A DNA stretch of 64,000 nt from Eledone cirrhosa (Eukaryota), in assembly GCA_964016885.1 (NCBI GenBank), contig OZ024750.1:48236001-48300000 (forward strand), given 5' to 3'. The position numbers and the translations under genes are program-made. Positions within the stretch are counted from its first letter, which is position 1. Each line of letters opens with the position of its first letter. The notes beneath the pieces are model-generated. The model searched no databases and was not told the DNA's origin. It saw only the letters and a list, made by a program, of their open reading frames with translations. Below, one piece after another: positions 14,601 to 27,802 of the stretch.

Positions 14601-15949
14601 CCGTCAGCATTCATCTCCTCAGTGGCCGTATCTCTGTTCCAGGTATTATTTATCTCAGTATTCAGATCATTGTCTGCTTCGGGTGGTTCCTCCGCTCTCA
14701 GGACCTCATCACCTTCATTTCCCGCCGGCTCGCTTGTCTGGCATACTACACCCGCCATCTCCAAGCCATTCTCTCTGCTCAGTTCCTCCAGTTCCAGCTC
14801 GCTTATCCACCCATTAGTTCTTATTACCCGAGCCTGCCCGGCCAATTTTTGTTCATCTAATTTAAATAAACCAATCTCGTTCCAGATGTTATGCATCCGT
14901 CTCCTGTAGCCCCTCTCCTTGGGGTTACTTTTCAGGTAGCATTGCATAACAGTTCTATTCAATTCTTTCGTCCAGTTGGTTCTGGCCCCTTTCCTTCTTC
15001 TTCTTCCTCCAACATCAGCAGTATTTCGTTGACAGTCAGGTTCCTGCTGCTGAGCCAGGGGGCACCTGTTGGGTGAGAGTCTGTCACATGACGTTCTAGT
15101 CTCCATTTCACCGTTATTCGAACTGTTTATGTTCGATATTTAAACACTCTTATCGAGGATTGGCGAATGTATGTTTACATAGCCATCTGTGGATCCGCCA
15201 TCCCACTTGGCCCTTGTGTGGCATTATCACCACGCTGTATACGGACACACATAAACAAACAAACACACGGGCAGAAAGGGCCCCAAAAATGAATAAGCAT
15301 AAGTTTCATTGTAATGTAGTATTCGAATGTCTGACTTAGTTTTTGTTTTTTAAGTTTTACTTTTTCCCCCCTCTTCTCTGTCCGTCCGCCTGCTTCTCTC
15401 TTCATTCTTATTTTCTTTACGTTTTTGGGGTTTCTTTTTTTGTTTTTGTTTTTCTCTGTTTTTCTCGTTTTTTACTGTTGTTGCTGTGCTGCTTTTGTTG
15501 TTTGTTTTTTCTTTTTTCTTTTGAGTCTATCTATATATTTTGATGCCTTCCTCTTTGTTGGTAGTAGGAATTCTATAATGTGGAAGTGGTAGCCAGCAGA
15601 GACTAGCGGCGTTGGCGATACTGAGACAGTGGTGGCGGTGATGTCGATACCGAGGCAGTGGTGGCGGTGATGCGACCGTATTACTGTAGTGATGGTGCTG
15701 TAGCGGTGGCAGCAGCAGTGAAGGAGTCAGGGGGTGGTGGCGGCGGTGATGGGATAGTGGTGGTAATGATGGCCGTAGTGAGCGGTGGCGGTGAAGGTGA
15801 AAATGCTGTTGTGTTTAGTGTACACAGATGATGGGGTGGGTGGTGTATCTAGTTTCTGGTGTTGGTGAGTTTCGCTGTCCTATATAGTGTAGCCAGAGGA
15901 GAGGAGGGGGGGGGGGTTCTTCTTCTTCCATTTATAGCCATGTTTAGGG

Positions 15950-15950
<1 letters not shown>
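11630..15950 (-). mobile_element. Full-length R4/Dong-clade non-LTR retrotransposon inserted in (TAA)n
   Basis: Single long ORF, ~840-bp 5'UTR and short 3'UTR; (TTA)n at 11550-11630 and 15951-16010, the known target type of Dong elements. Confidence 0.92.
11714..15106 (-). CDS. Reverse transcriptase plus restriction-like endonuclease polyprotein, 1130 aa, uninterrupted
   Basis: RT motifs KSPGPDG, NYRPITCL, WIDYRKAFD, GIFQGDSLSP, HLLFMDDLKL, YKYLG; CCHC knuckle CRICG..ETVAHIVSEC; RHD and RPD..IVDVAC endonuclease motifs. Confidence 0.95.
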   Translation of the reverse strand: METRTSCDRLSPNRCPLAQQQEPDCQRNTADVGGRRRRKGARTNWTKELNRTVMQCYLKSNPKERGYRRRMHNIWNEIGLFKLDEQKLAGQARVIRTNGWISELELEELSRENGLEMAGVVCQTSEPAGNEGDEVLRAEEPPEADNDLNTEINNTWNRDTATEEMNADGLGQDSVDILNLVVDELNNDSGRPMNLRFVDRKKLKETTAKVNKVIPYLEARSLHQCNNILKATANTVRKLLGIKARGNNRQERAEPWWKKRLSGQIGEMRNDIGKLESLLNGTLKNIGTKNRLEIKYKTRSKKLNIIIEELKQRIVAKSAKIRRYENRVSQYKQNRMFDNNQKMLFGQLEGKERGTDLIPGAEQAKTFWRGIWEQDVRHNAQAGWIETVQREIGEQAQQQTDLSITVETLKGQAKKLTNWKSPGPDGVQGYWIKHLTSLHPKLTAMFNECLVSGEVPEWLTKGTTVLIMKDRIKGNDVTNYRPITCLPVMWKLLTSIVSEEIYHHLHTNNLLPDEQKGCRKKSRGTKDQLLIDKMVMGNCRRRHTDLAMGWIDYRKAFDMVPHSWITKSLEIFRVADNIRQLLGRSMGSWETELTSTGVSLGSVKIKRGIFQGDSLSPLLFVLALMPLTIMLRKVRAGYKLGRGELTINHLLFMDDLKLFGKSEKELDVLVDTVRIFSSDICMQFGIGKCGVIVMRRGRLSRSNGIQIPTGEMIKEIDSEEGYKYLGVLEADGIKNQKMKELLRTEYIRRVRSVLKSHLNSRNAISAVNSRAVSIIRYSAGILRWNVAEQKEMDRKTRKLLTIYNMFHKRSDVDRLYLRRSEGGRGLISIEDCVQMEKNNLYKYVTYSKEPMLRAVLKEGTVGQGIPKEEITSRRKSSLKGKSLHSTFFEKTEFRDPQTWNWLRRGDLKKATEGMLMAAQEQALKTKWLKHHIYKEEASPLCRICGEREETVAHIVSECKHLAQTHYKGWRHDVMGRVIHWHLCKVNNLPHSEKWYEHRPEAVMENSQVKVLWDFRIQTDKKLEHNRPDLVVVDKEKRSCLIVDVACPFDTRVQEKEREKINRYQDLKWEVKRIWNCHEVKVIPIVIGALGTISKGFQGWLKKIGPFTLFGTLQNACLLGTARTLRYVLNI

Positions 15951-15999
<49 letters not shown>

Positions 16000-16492
16000 C
16001 ATTATTATTACTGTAAATAATATCGTGCTAATTAATCCCTAAACATTTCATTAGATTGTGTAAGTTATTTGTAGAGAAGGCTTCCAAAAATAAATTGAGA
16101 AAAAATTAAATTGTGAATATAAATAGACAAATCGTGTAGACAGGCAGAGAGACAAATAAATAGAAAAAATGATGTTGTTTTCATATATCTGAAGCGAAGC
16201 AAGAACATTAGCTGCTACATCAATCTCACTGTGTACACACATACACACTGTCGGAGATATTCATCAACAGATAGTAGCTACCCTACCTCTGACCAGAGGC
16301 TAGGTATGTCGTGTTAAGTCTGTCTCTAACTCTTGGAGGTGCCGAGGAAGATACCACGGCACATATTCAAAAAATACCACTTCCCAAACAAATCTGTCAA
16401 AAAGTGATTTTTACTTGATCCTCAGTCATATTGAGATACGACCACACATACATATACACACACACACACATACATACACACACACACATGCA

Positions 16493-16548
<56 letters not shown>

Positions 16549-16713
16549 TTAAGGGTACTATTTATGATTATGTATGCAATAAAATCTTTGATGGTAATAC
16601 ATTATATATACACAAACCCTAAATAGTGAGAGATAGTCATTAATTACTATCCTATTACCAGTAAGATAAATAGCTCAATGTAATAACATCAGTTGTTTTA
16701 CAGAGCAGTTATA

Positions 16714-17271
<558 letters not shown>

Positions 17272-17401
17272 GGAGAGAGATGGAGAGATAGAGGGAGATA
17301 GAGTGATAGAAAGAATTACTCTATTCTATTCTATCCTATCATAAGTGAGCCAACTTATGCAGCTTCATATGCAAATGAGATTAATCATCTCATTTACACA
17401 G

Positions 17402-17526
17402 ATGAGAAAACTATATATTGTCCACTGTTTTCAAAGTACCGCAGCTGCAGGTGTGAGAGGGATCGTTCTGATGTGAACTATTTCTGTTCGAAATGCATCG
17501 AGGATTGTACCCTTTGCTTCTGCTAG
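17402..17526 (+). CDS. Possible terminal exon of a small cysteine-rich peptide
   Basis: Acceptor ttaatcatctcatttacacAG then (D)EKTIYCPLFSKYRSCRCERDRSDVNYFCSKCIEDCTLCFC*; 8 Cys in 41 aa in non-repetitive sequence. Confidence 0.3.
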
Positions 17527-17529
17527 ACA

Positions 17530-17543
17530 CCACCAGAGGGCGT
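17530..17543 (+). promoter_or_regulatory. CTCF-motif-like site
   Basis: CCACCAGAGGGCGT matches the CCACCAGRGGGCGC consensus; motif match only. Confidence 0.3.
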
Positions 17544-18179
17544 TAGCGTTCTAAATGTTTACCTGTAAACATACAGAGTTTCCGTAGAAATACAAATGTT
17601 CTGTACCTACTGATGAAGGACTAATTTTATTCATATGTAACCCATGTGCAACCACGTAGCTCTCTATTTTTCTCATATTTATATTTTTTCCTCAGCTGCG
17701 ATTGTATGTTTCTTGCTTAGTGCTTCCCCTCCCTCTGTATCTCAACCCTTCTTTTTACCCCTTCTGCCAGCAACACTCTCTCTCTCGACTGGGCTCTTGG
17801 TCACACTTCCACTCACTCACTCTCTGCTTATCCCCCTCCCACACTTCCTCCCGTTTGACCTGTGTGAAATCCTTTTCTCGCTCACATCTCACCCATGTTG
17901 GATGGTCTGTATCTTTCGTCCATGAATTTACAAAGTTTAAGCTTACAGATATTATGTACTTGTTTCTTCCTATATTTCCGTTGCAATACCATCGTTGTTT
18001 GTTTACATGGCTCGCTCGTTTCACCCTATTTTACTTGTCCCAGTAACTGTATTGTGTTATTGCTCGAAACCAACTAGAAGTATATGATTATTAAAGCGAT
18101 GAAATACAAATGAAAGTTGGAAGATCACTGATGAAGGACTAATTTTATTCATATATATTAGCATATATATACACATATA

Positions 18180-18287
<108 letters not shown>

Positions 18288-18330
18288 GACTAATTTTATT
18301 CATATATATTAACATATATATACACATATA

Positions 18331-18394
<64 letters not shown>

Positions 18395-18411
18395 CATATA
18401 TATATATATGT

Positions 18412-18582
<171 letters not shown>

Positions 18583-18594
18583 TATATACATACA

Positions 18595-18778
18595 TACAGG
18601 GCTAAAACTGTTTCATTCTTTAGAAATGATCAGGAATCTGCCTGATGATTTCTGAAGAATGAAACAGTTCTAGTTCTGTAGAATCTCATCTACATAAAAA
18701 CTGTTATACTTTGCTATGTTTTGAATACCTTACTTACTGTGGTTACCTCCGATTCAACCCGGAAAAACTTACCTATAG
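18595..18778. mobile_element. Fold-back element with an HHR split over the two arms, plus ~95-nt tail
   Basis: Hairpin 18595-18680; consensus AGATTC-CTGATGA-tTTC tRaa GAAt-GAAA-CAG..CTG-TA-GAATCT. Confidence 0.7.
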
Positions 18779-18937
18779 ATATATATATATATCTGTCTTG
18801 ATATTTTTTAAATTGAGTTCGAATTATTTTCCCACATCTTACGTTAATTATTTTCCATTTTGACGTTATAGTCACAGTGTCTAGCAACCATCGTTGCTCA
18901 TTTGTTCAACACTTTGTCAGTACTCGATATGCAAATT

Positions 18938-19364
18938 AACTCACTCGATGTGCAAATTAGGCTGCTCAGCCGTTAATATGCATAAGGAAAGTATATACTT
19001 TCAGACGTTCAATCATCTGGCAGGAAGGTATACGTTGCTGACGATAGCTAATAAGCTTGAAACTAGTACATCGATCCTTTGTCAGTGATGACCAAATGAG
19101 CAACGATGGTTGCTAGACACTGTACGGCTTAATACGGGATGTTTGTTTACAAACACACCGAGCATTATAATAAATGTTCGGTGAATCCATACGTACATAT
19201 ATATATATGTGCATGTATGTATATATATATACATACTACTGTACGTCTGTATACATATATGTATGTACGTATACATACTTATATTTAAGTAACAGCCGTA
19301 CTAAGAGTGAGAAATGAAATTTCGTTTCATTTTTTTTCCGTTTATATATATATATATAAATATA

Positions 19365-19436
<72 letters not shown>

Positions 19437-19720
19437 TTGGAATATAAGTTGGAATAGAGTGAACTCACTCGATATGCATATTAGGCTGCTCAGCCGTTAA
19501 TTTTCATAAGGATATACTTTCGAACGTTCAGCCATCTGGCAGAAGGGTATACGGTACTGACGATAGCTAAGAAGCTTGAAACTAGTACATCGTTCCTGTG
19601 TCAGTGTTGAAGAAAAAGGTGACGTGGTTGCCTTAACACCGTACGGCATAAATCAGGCTGTCCGTTTGCTTACAAACGGACAAAGCGAGCGTTATAATAA
19701 ACGTTCGCTAAACTGATACG
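18938..19720 (+). repeat. Two direct ~250-bp copies separated by (TA)n, each with an HHR (19033-19073; 19552-19592)
   Basis: cgttg/cggta-CTGACGA-t AGCT aata AGCT t-GAAA-CTAG-TA-catcg; palindromic stem III ACTAGT. Confidence 0.75.
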
Positions 19721-19742
19721 TACATATATATATGTGTACCTG

Positions 19743-19855
<113 letters not shown>

Positions 19856-19918
19856 GCATGCTACTGTACGTCTGTATACATATATGTATGTACGTATACA
19901 TACATACTTACACACACG

Positions 19919-19952
<34 letters not shown>

Positions 19953-20329
19953 AATGAAAATATAGAAATTATATATATATATATATATATATATTAAGAG
20001 GAACAAGGTGATGTGTAGTTACTAATAATGTGTGGTTGTTAATAAATGTAAGGGAAACGCAAGCATAATACCATTTCCCTCTTCAGTTTTCTGCTGTGTT
20101 TCTCGGCTGTACTACTGACTCGTGCCCACCATCTTTATATGTGTGTTTTCTGGGCTGTTCTTTTCTGTCTCTTTTCTTTCTCTTTGCGTTCCTATTTCTT
20201 TTTTGTCTTTTCCTTCGCTAATAACTTCCTGTGGGTAGGAGTATTGTCTTTAATGTCTCCATCGAAGACCCACACCAGGCCAACTGAAGACGGAAATTGT
20301 CTATGACCGTGTTTCCCTTACATTTCTAA

Positions 20330-21205
<876 letters not shown>

Positions 21206-21257
21206 AGAGAGAGTGAGAGATTCATAGAGAGAGAGAGAGGGATAGAAATAGAGAGAT

Positions 21258-21302
<45 letters not shown>

Positions 21303-21306
21303 TAGA

Positions 21307-21342
<36 letters not shown>

Positions 21343-21824
21343 ATGATAATTTTCTTCGGGCGAATGGAAGAATGTACCGATGTTATATATTTTAACTAAT
21401 ATTACAGTTCGCTCTCATGTACGTCTTACACGGTTTAGCACTTTTAGCGATGTATTGATTTTTAACTGTACATAGTGAATAGAGGAGATTGATCTTGTTG
21501 CATATTTACTGTTGTTTGATGAGATAGTTAGAGAACTGGAGATGTGTTAGCGCCACAGATGTGTCTGAAATAGGCCGGACTGACTCAACTAGTTTTCTTC
21601 ATTCTAAGAAAGAAATACAACGCTTATCTAAGTGAAGTTGAGGGTATATTATGTTAGTTACAAGCGAGAACTGTTGTAAACATGTTATCCCTGCCCCAAC
21701 ATTCCCCGTGTGTAGTACACCAATAGATATTCGTTTGATCTGGACTGGAACATATATAAGTATATATATTTATTGATTTTTGGAGAAATGAAGAAGAGGG
21801 TGATTAGAGACGGGAGAAGATGAG

Positions 21825-22626
21825 TTAGTGTAGTCAGTTTAGTAAGTGTAGGTGGTGTAGGCAGTGTTGGTAGTGTAGATAGTGTAGGCAGTGTAGCTAG
21901 TGAAGGTAGTGTAGGTAGTGTAGGCAGTGTAGCTACTGTAGATAGTGTAGGCAGTGTAGGTAGTTTAGCTAGTGTAGGCAGTGTAGGTAGTGAAGGTAGT
22001 GTAGGTAGTGTAGGCAGTGTAGGTAGTGTAGATAGTGTAGGCAGTGTAGGTACTGTAGGCAGTGTAGGTAGTGTAGGTAGTGTAGGCAGTGTAGGTAGTG
22101 TAGGCACTGTATGCAGTGTAGGTAGTGTAGGTAGAGTAGGCAGTGTAGGTAGTGTAGGTAATGTAGGTAGTGTAGGTAGTGTAGGTAGAGTAGGCAGTGT
22201 AGGTAGTGTAGGTAAGGTAGGTAGTGTAGGTAGTGTAGGCAGTGCAGGTAATGTAGGTAGTGTAGGTACTGAAGCTAGTGTAGGTAGTGTAGGTAGTGTA
22301 TGTAGTGTAGGTAGTGTAGACAGTGTAGGTAGTTTAGGTAGTGTAGACAGTGTATGTAGTGCAGGATGTGTACGTAGTGTAGGCTGTGTAGGTAGTGTAG
22401 GCAGTGTAGTTAGTGTAGGCAGTGTAGTTAGTATAGGCAGTGTAGGCAGTGTAGGCAGTGCAGGCAGTGTACGCAATGTAGGTAATGTAGGGAGTGTAGG
22501 TAGTGTAGGTGGTGTAGGTAGTGTAGGCAGTGTAGGCAGCGTAGGCAGTGTAGGAAGTGTAGGCACTGTAGGCAGTGTAGGCAGTACAGACAGTGTAGGA
22601 AGTACAGGCAGTGTTGGCAGTGTAGA
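21825..22626. repeat. 9-bp minisatellite (AGTGTAGGY)n, block 1
   Basis: Direct reading; translates as (LPT)n on minus and (GSV)n on plus. Confidence 0.95.
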
Positions 22627-22920
22627 ATGTGTGTGTGTGTGTTTAAGGGCATTACCTCGATTCGATCAACTCATTTACCAGCATCATCAAAGCTCGCTTC
22701 TAAATTCATCGTTAAAGTGACTGAGCATTCCGCAAAGACGTGACTAGTTATCTTAGTTCTTGGAGTTCCAATATGTAATTAAAATGTTTATATGTAGTAA
22801 AGTTACCTTATCTTACTATTTGAGTGAGGTAGAAACACGTGAAATTAATTACCTTCTACAATGACACAACACTCTCCTGGGAATCGAGCTCACACAGTTA
22901 TCTTAGATAACGAAACAATT

Positions 22921-23320
22921 ACAAATGTTTCTATTTTGGCACAAGTCCAGCAATTAAATCAGTGCATTACAGGTACTTTATTTTCTCGACCCCGTAAGGA
23001 TGGAAGGTAAATTTGACCTCGGCTAGATTTGAACTGAGAACTTATATGGCCATAACTCAATGCTGTAAAGCATATTATCTGATGTTTTACCGATACTGCC
23101 AATTCACCGCCCCATTTACAAATGGTTCTACTTTTGGCACACGGCCAGCAATTAACCCAGTACATTACTGGTACTTTATTTGATCGATCCCGTACGGATG
23201 AAAGGCAAAGTTAACCTCGGCAGTATTTCAACTCTAGATCGCAAAAGGGACGAAACTCTATGCTGTAAGGCATGGCGTCTGCCCCCCCCCCCCCCCCCCA
23301 ACGATACTGACAATTCCCCT
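22921..23320 (-). mobile_element. Two tandem SINE copies
   Basis: Reverse complement of the 1622 SINE (GTACTTTATT..TCGA.CCCGTA.GGATG). Confidence 0.8.
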
Positions 23321-23415
23321 CCAATTATAATAACAGGTCAACAGCAGTGATATTTGATATGAGCAACGTACATTAAACTGAATTGGTGAAATAGATACCA
23401 CAAGGGGAGTTATCC

Positions 23416-24896
23416 AGGCAGTGTAGGTAGTGTAGGTAGTGTAGGTAGTGTAGGTAGTGTAGGTAGTGTAGGTAGTGTAGCTAGTGTAGACAGTGTAGGT
23501 AGTGTAGGTAATGTAGGTAGTGTAGGTAGTGTAGGTAGTGTAGGTAGTTTAGGTAGTGTAGGTAGTGTAGGTAGTGTAGGTACTGTAGGTAGTGTATGTA
23601 GTGTAGGTAGTGTAGGTAGTGTAGGTAGTGTAGGTAGTGTAGCTAGTGTAGACAGTGTAGGTAGTGTAGGTAATGTAGGTAGTGTAGGTAGTGTAGGTAG
23701 TGTAGGTAGTTTAGGTAGTGTAGGTAGTGTAGGTAGTGTAGGTACTGTAGGTAGTGTATGTAGTGTATGTAGTGTAGGTAGTGTAGGTAGTGTAGGTAGT
23801 GTAGGCAGTGTAGGTAGTGTAGTCAGTTTAGCTAGTGTAGTTAGTGTAGGTAGGGTAGGTAGTGTATGTAGTGTAGGTAGTGTATGTAGTGTATGTAGTG
23901 TATGTAGTGTAGGTAGTGTATGTAGTGTATGTAGTGTATGTAGTGTAGGTAGTGTAGGTAGTGTATATAGTGTATGTAGTTTATGTAGTGTATGTAGTGT
24001 ATGTAGTGTAGGTAGTGTAGGTAGTGTAGGCAGTGTAGGTGTTGTAGTTAAAGTAGTCAGTGTATGCAGTGTAGGTAGTGTAGTCAGTGTGGGCAGTGTA
24101 GGTAGTGTAGGTAGTGTAGGTAGTGTAGGTAGTGTAGGTAGTGTAGGTAGTGTAGTCTGTGAAGGCAGTGTAGGTATTGTAGTTAGTGTATTCAGTGTAG
24201 GCAGTGTAGGTAGTGTGGGTAGTGTAGGTAGTGTAGGCAGTGTAGGTAGTGCAGGTAGTGTAGGTAGTGTAGTCTGTGAAGGCAGTGTATGTATTGTAGT
24301 TAGTGTAGTCAGTGTAGGCAGTGTAGGCAGTGTAGTTAGTGTAGGCAGTGTAGGCAGTGTAGGTAGTGTAGGCATTTGTAGGTAGTGTAGGTAGTGTAGG
24401 TAGTGTAGGTAGTGTAGGTAGTGTAGTCTGTGAAGGTAGTGTAGGTATTGTAGTTAGTGTAGTCTGTGAAGGCAGTGTAGGTATTGTAGTTAGTGAATGC
24501 TGTACAGTCAGTGTAGGCAGTGTAGGCAGTGTAGGCAGTGTAGGCAGTGCAGGCAGTGTATGTATTGTAGGTAGTTTTGGCAGTGTATGTATTGTAGGCA
24601 GTGAAGACAGTGTTTTGTATTGTAGGTAGTGTAGGCAGTGTAGGCAGTGTATGCAGGGTATGCAGTGTAGGAAGTGTAGGCAGTGTAGGCAGCGTAGGTG
24701 GTATATGTATTGTAGGCAGTGTAGGCAGTGTATGTATTGTAGGCAGTGAATACAGTGTATGTATTGTAGGTAGTGTAGGCAGTGTAGGCAGTGTACGCAG
24801 CGTAGGCAGTGTAGGCAGTATAGGTTGTGTAGGCAGTGTAGGCAGTGTAGGCAGTACAGACAGTGTAGGCAGTACAGACAGTGTAGGCAGTGTAGA
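23416..24896. repeat. 9-bp minisatellite (AGTGTAGGY)n, block 2
   Basis: Same unit as block 1, followed by the same ~290-bp unique flank. Confidence 0.95.
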
Positions 24897-25230
24897 ATGT
24901 GTGTGTGTTTGATGGCATTACCTCGATTCGATCAACTCATTTACCAGCATCAGCAACGCTCGCTTCTAAATTTATCGTGCAAGTGACTGAGCATTCCGCA
25001 AAGACGTGACTAGTTATCTTAGTTCTTGGAGTTCCAATGTGTAATTAAAATGTTTATATGGAGTAAAGTTACCTTATCTTACTATTTGGTTGAGGTAGAA
25101 ACACGTGAAATTAATTACCTTCTACAATGACACAACACTCTCCTGGGAATCGAGCTCACACAGTTATGTTAGATAACGAAACACAGTAAGAACTAACCAT
25201 GTGTATTTACTGCAGAATGAACACATGTAA

Positions 25231-25825
25231 TTACAAATGTTTCTCTCTTGGCACAAGGCCAGCAATTAAACCAGTGCATTACTGGTACTTTACATCACCG
25301 TCCTCTTCAGGATGAAACGCAAAAGTTGACCTCGGCTAGATTTAAACTCAGAACGTAAAGGACCAGAACTCAATACTATAAAGCATAGTGTCTGATGCTT
25401 TACCGATACTGCCAATTCACCGCCCTAATTACAAATGTTTCTACTTTTGGCACATGGCCAGCAATTAACCGAGGGCATTACTGGTATTTTATTTTATCGA
25501 CCCCGTAAGCATGAAAGGCAAAGTTAACCTCGGCGGGATTTGAACTCAGAGCGTAAAGGGACGTAACTCTATGTTGAAAAGCATGGCTTCCGACATTCTA
25601 CCCATGTTGCCAATCCACAGCCTAAGTACAAGTAATTATAATTGTTTCTACTTCTGGCACAAGGCCAGCAATTATACCAGTGCATTACTGGTACTTTATT
25701 TGATCGACCCCGTAAGGATGAAAGGCAAAGTTAACCTCGGCGGGATTTGAACTCAGAATGGCAAGGGCCGAAACTCTATGCGTCAAGGCATGGCGTCCGA
25801 CCCTGTAGCGATACTGCCAATTCAC
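25231..25825 (-). mobile_element. Three tandem SINE copies
   Basis: Three head-to-tail reverse-complement SINE units of ~200 bp. Confidence 0.85.
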
Positions 25826-27011
25826 CTCCAATTATAATAACAGGTCAACAGTAGTGATATTTGATATGAGCAACGTAAAATAATCTGAATTTGTGAAATA
25901 GATACCACGCCGCGTGTAATCAAAGATCGAACATGTGATAGTAGGCTGTACAAACTAACAACTATACCTTCGTGATTTTATTGGAGAATGATTACAAGTA
26001 TTTATAATGAGAGGTCAACGAGTAGAAGGCCATTCCAATTTTCTGAATGCTTTCCGCTGGGGAGATAATAAAGTAGAACATGAGGTTAATACTCTAAAGA
26101 AGTAATCACTGAAGTGATAATCAGAGCAATCAGCGTCATTAGATTCATGTGATTACTGTTGAGTAACGAAGTTCACTACAGAGATGCTGGGAATAACAAT
26201 TTGAACTCTACCACAAACACACACGCACACAAATGCACACACATACACATGCACACACACTCACATACACGCACACACATACACGTATGTTTCATCTGTA
26301 TCTGTCTCTAACTCTCTCTATCCCTCTACATATCTCTCTTTTACTTTCTCTCTACACATACTGTACACACAAATATATTTGCTTATATGTACGAGATCAA
26401 TTATAATAAACATAGCTTACATTTTACATCTTAATTTGTATTCAATGTAATGTGTGAACTTTGCTACACGTAAATATCGGCAATATATATGAAATATATG
26501 CTGAACTAACTAAACTAATCTGCCAGCAATTATACCATGTCGCTTACCATATGTTCATCCATTCATCCATTCATTCATTCATACATTTATTTGATGTCTC
26601 CAAGTTCACGAGTCTATCACATATTTATCATGAAATCAACTAATATTAATTGATGATATTTTCAGAATGATTTGTGTCCTCCCATTTATTATTTATCCCT
26701 TTGGGTTACATTCCAATATTGGAGCATAACACGGATATCCTGCGTTATGAGGGTAACCTTTTATACATCTCACCTTGTGTACACACTACAGCTACTCATT
26801 TATATATTGTCAATCGACAAATTATTTCCTATTTATTTCGTCAATATATCTTAATTAATCTATACAGGTAACTCTATATCCAGAGTAAATCGATTTTAAT
26901 GGAAAATGTATGAGCGCGTGCGCAAGTTGGTGTAATAAAAAGTCTGTTTCGTAATTATGTGGAGCAGGTTTCAATTGTTTTCGACAATAATCTATGTTCT
27001 TCCAAATTAAT

Positions 27012-27395
27012 GATTTCATTTATTGGCCACAAGGGTCGACATGTAGGGGACAATATAAATACACGGACGGTAGGCGTTTACAATAAGCTCGACTAAAATC
27101 GCATAATAAGCAAAACCAATTTAACAATGAAAATAAGAAATAAACTATGTATAAACATGAAAAAATGAGTTCCCCAAAAGGCGGGTGGACGACACAGGGG
27201 CGACTCATATACCCCTCCAATCCTAAATCACCTGACGCTTCTAGGGCACCCGGGAATGGCACCCCTCTCCTCCTTAAGTTAATCAAAATACAGGCACATG
27301 GTCAGAGTAGGCCCACACACAGGGACCATTCTCGCCCCATTCATCCACCTTTTAGCAAATGTCTTGGGGGGCAGCCCTTCTCTCTCCACACTTGT
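27012..27395 (-). mobile_element. 3' fragment of an L1/Tx1-like element
   Basis: Minus end GTGGCCAATAAATGAAATCATTAAT matches the 3' end of the 52555-56070 element (GTGGCCAATAAAGAAACCATTATT). Confidence 0.55.
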
Positions 27396-27397
27396 GG

Positions 27398-27740
27398 TTT
27401 TTTCAGTACGTCCTCGTCAGATAAAATACTTGAATTGATGTATGTCATACCTCAACTGTCTTGATGGTTCAATTCCAGTATTTGCTGCCAATACTGGAAT
27501 TGAACCATCAAGACCGTTGAGGTATGTCATACATCAATTCAAGTATTTTATCTGACGAGGACATACTGAAAAAAACACACAGTACCTTCGAAATATATAT
27601 AATAAAACATATAATTTGATTATGTGTATGTCTTCATTTATTAATATTCTGAATAATATTAATAACTCCAGAAAACTTCTTTGTAGAGTGATTTTAATCT
27701 GTTTTAAAACTATATTCCTTTAGTAATCAATGAAACATAT
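27398..27740. mobile_element. Fold-back element (hairpin ~27398-27575) with HHR at 27546-27607 (+)
   Basis: TTTTAT-CTGACGA-GGACATACTG..CAGTACCTTC-GAAA-TATATA-TA-ATAAAA; family copy at 31329. Confidence 0.8.
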
Positions 27741-27756
27741 TAATATTTGGTCATAT

Positions 27757-27802
<46 letters not shown>

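Noticed and set aside
11787-15076. Plus-strand ORFs overlapping the Dong ORF
   Set aside because: Antisense shadows of the real coding frame.
15107-15950. Upstream ORF or HDV-like ribozyme in the Dong 5'UTR
   Set aside because: ATG-led frames at the 5' end close quickly and the Pro/Thr-rich stretch is triplet-repeat-like; no HDV fold could be assembled by eye.
21685-24918. (LPT)n / (GSV)n ORFs as real proteins
   Set aside because: The C-rich strand of the 9-mer has no stop in any frame; no credible start, signal peptide or splice context; the frame is not maintained.
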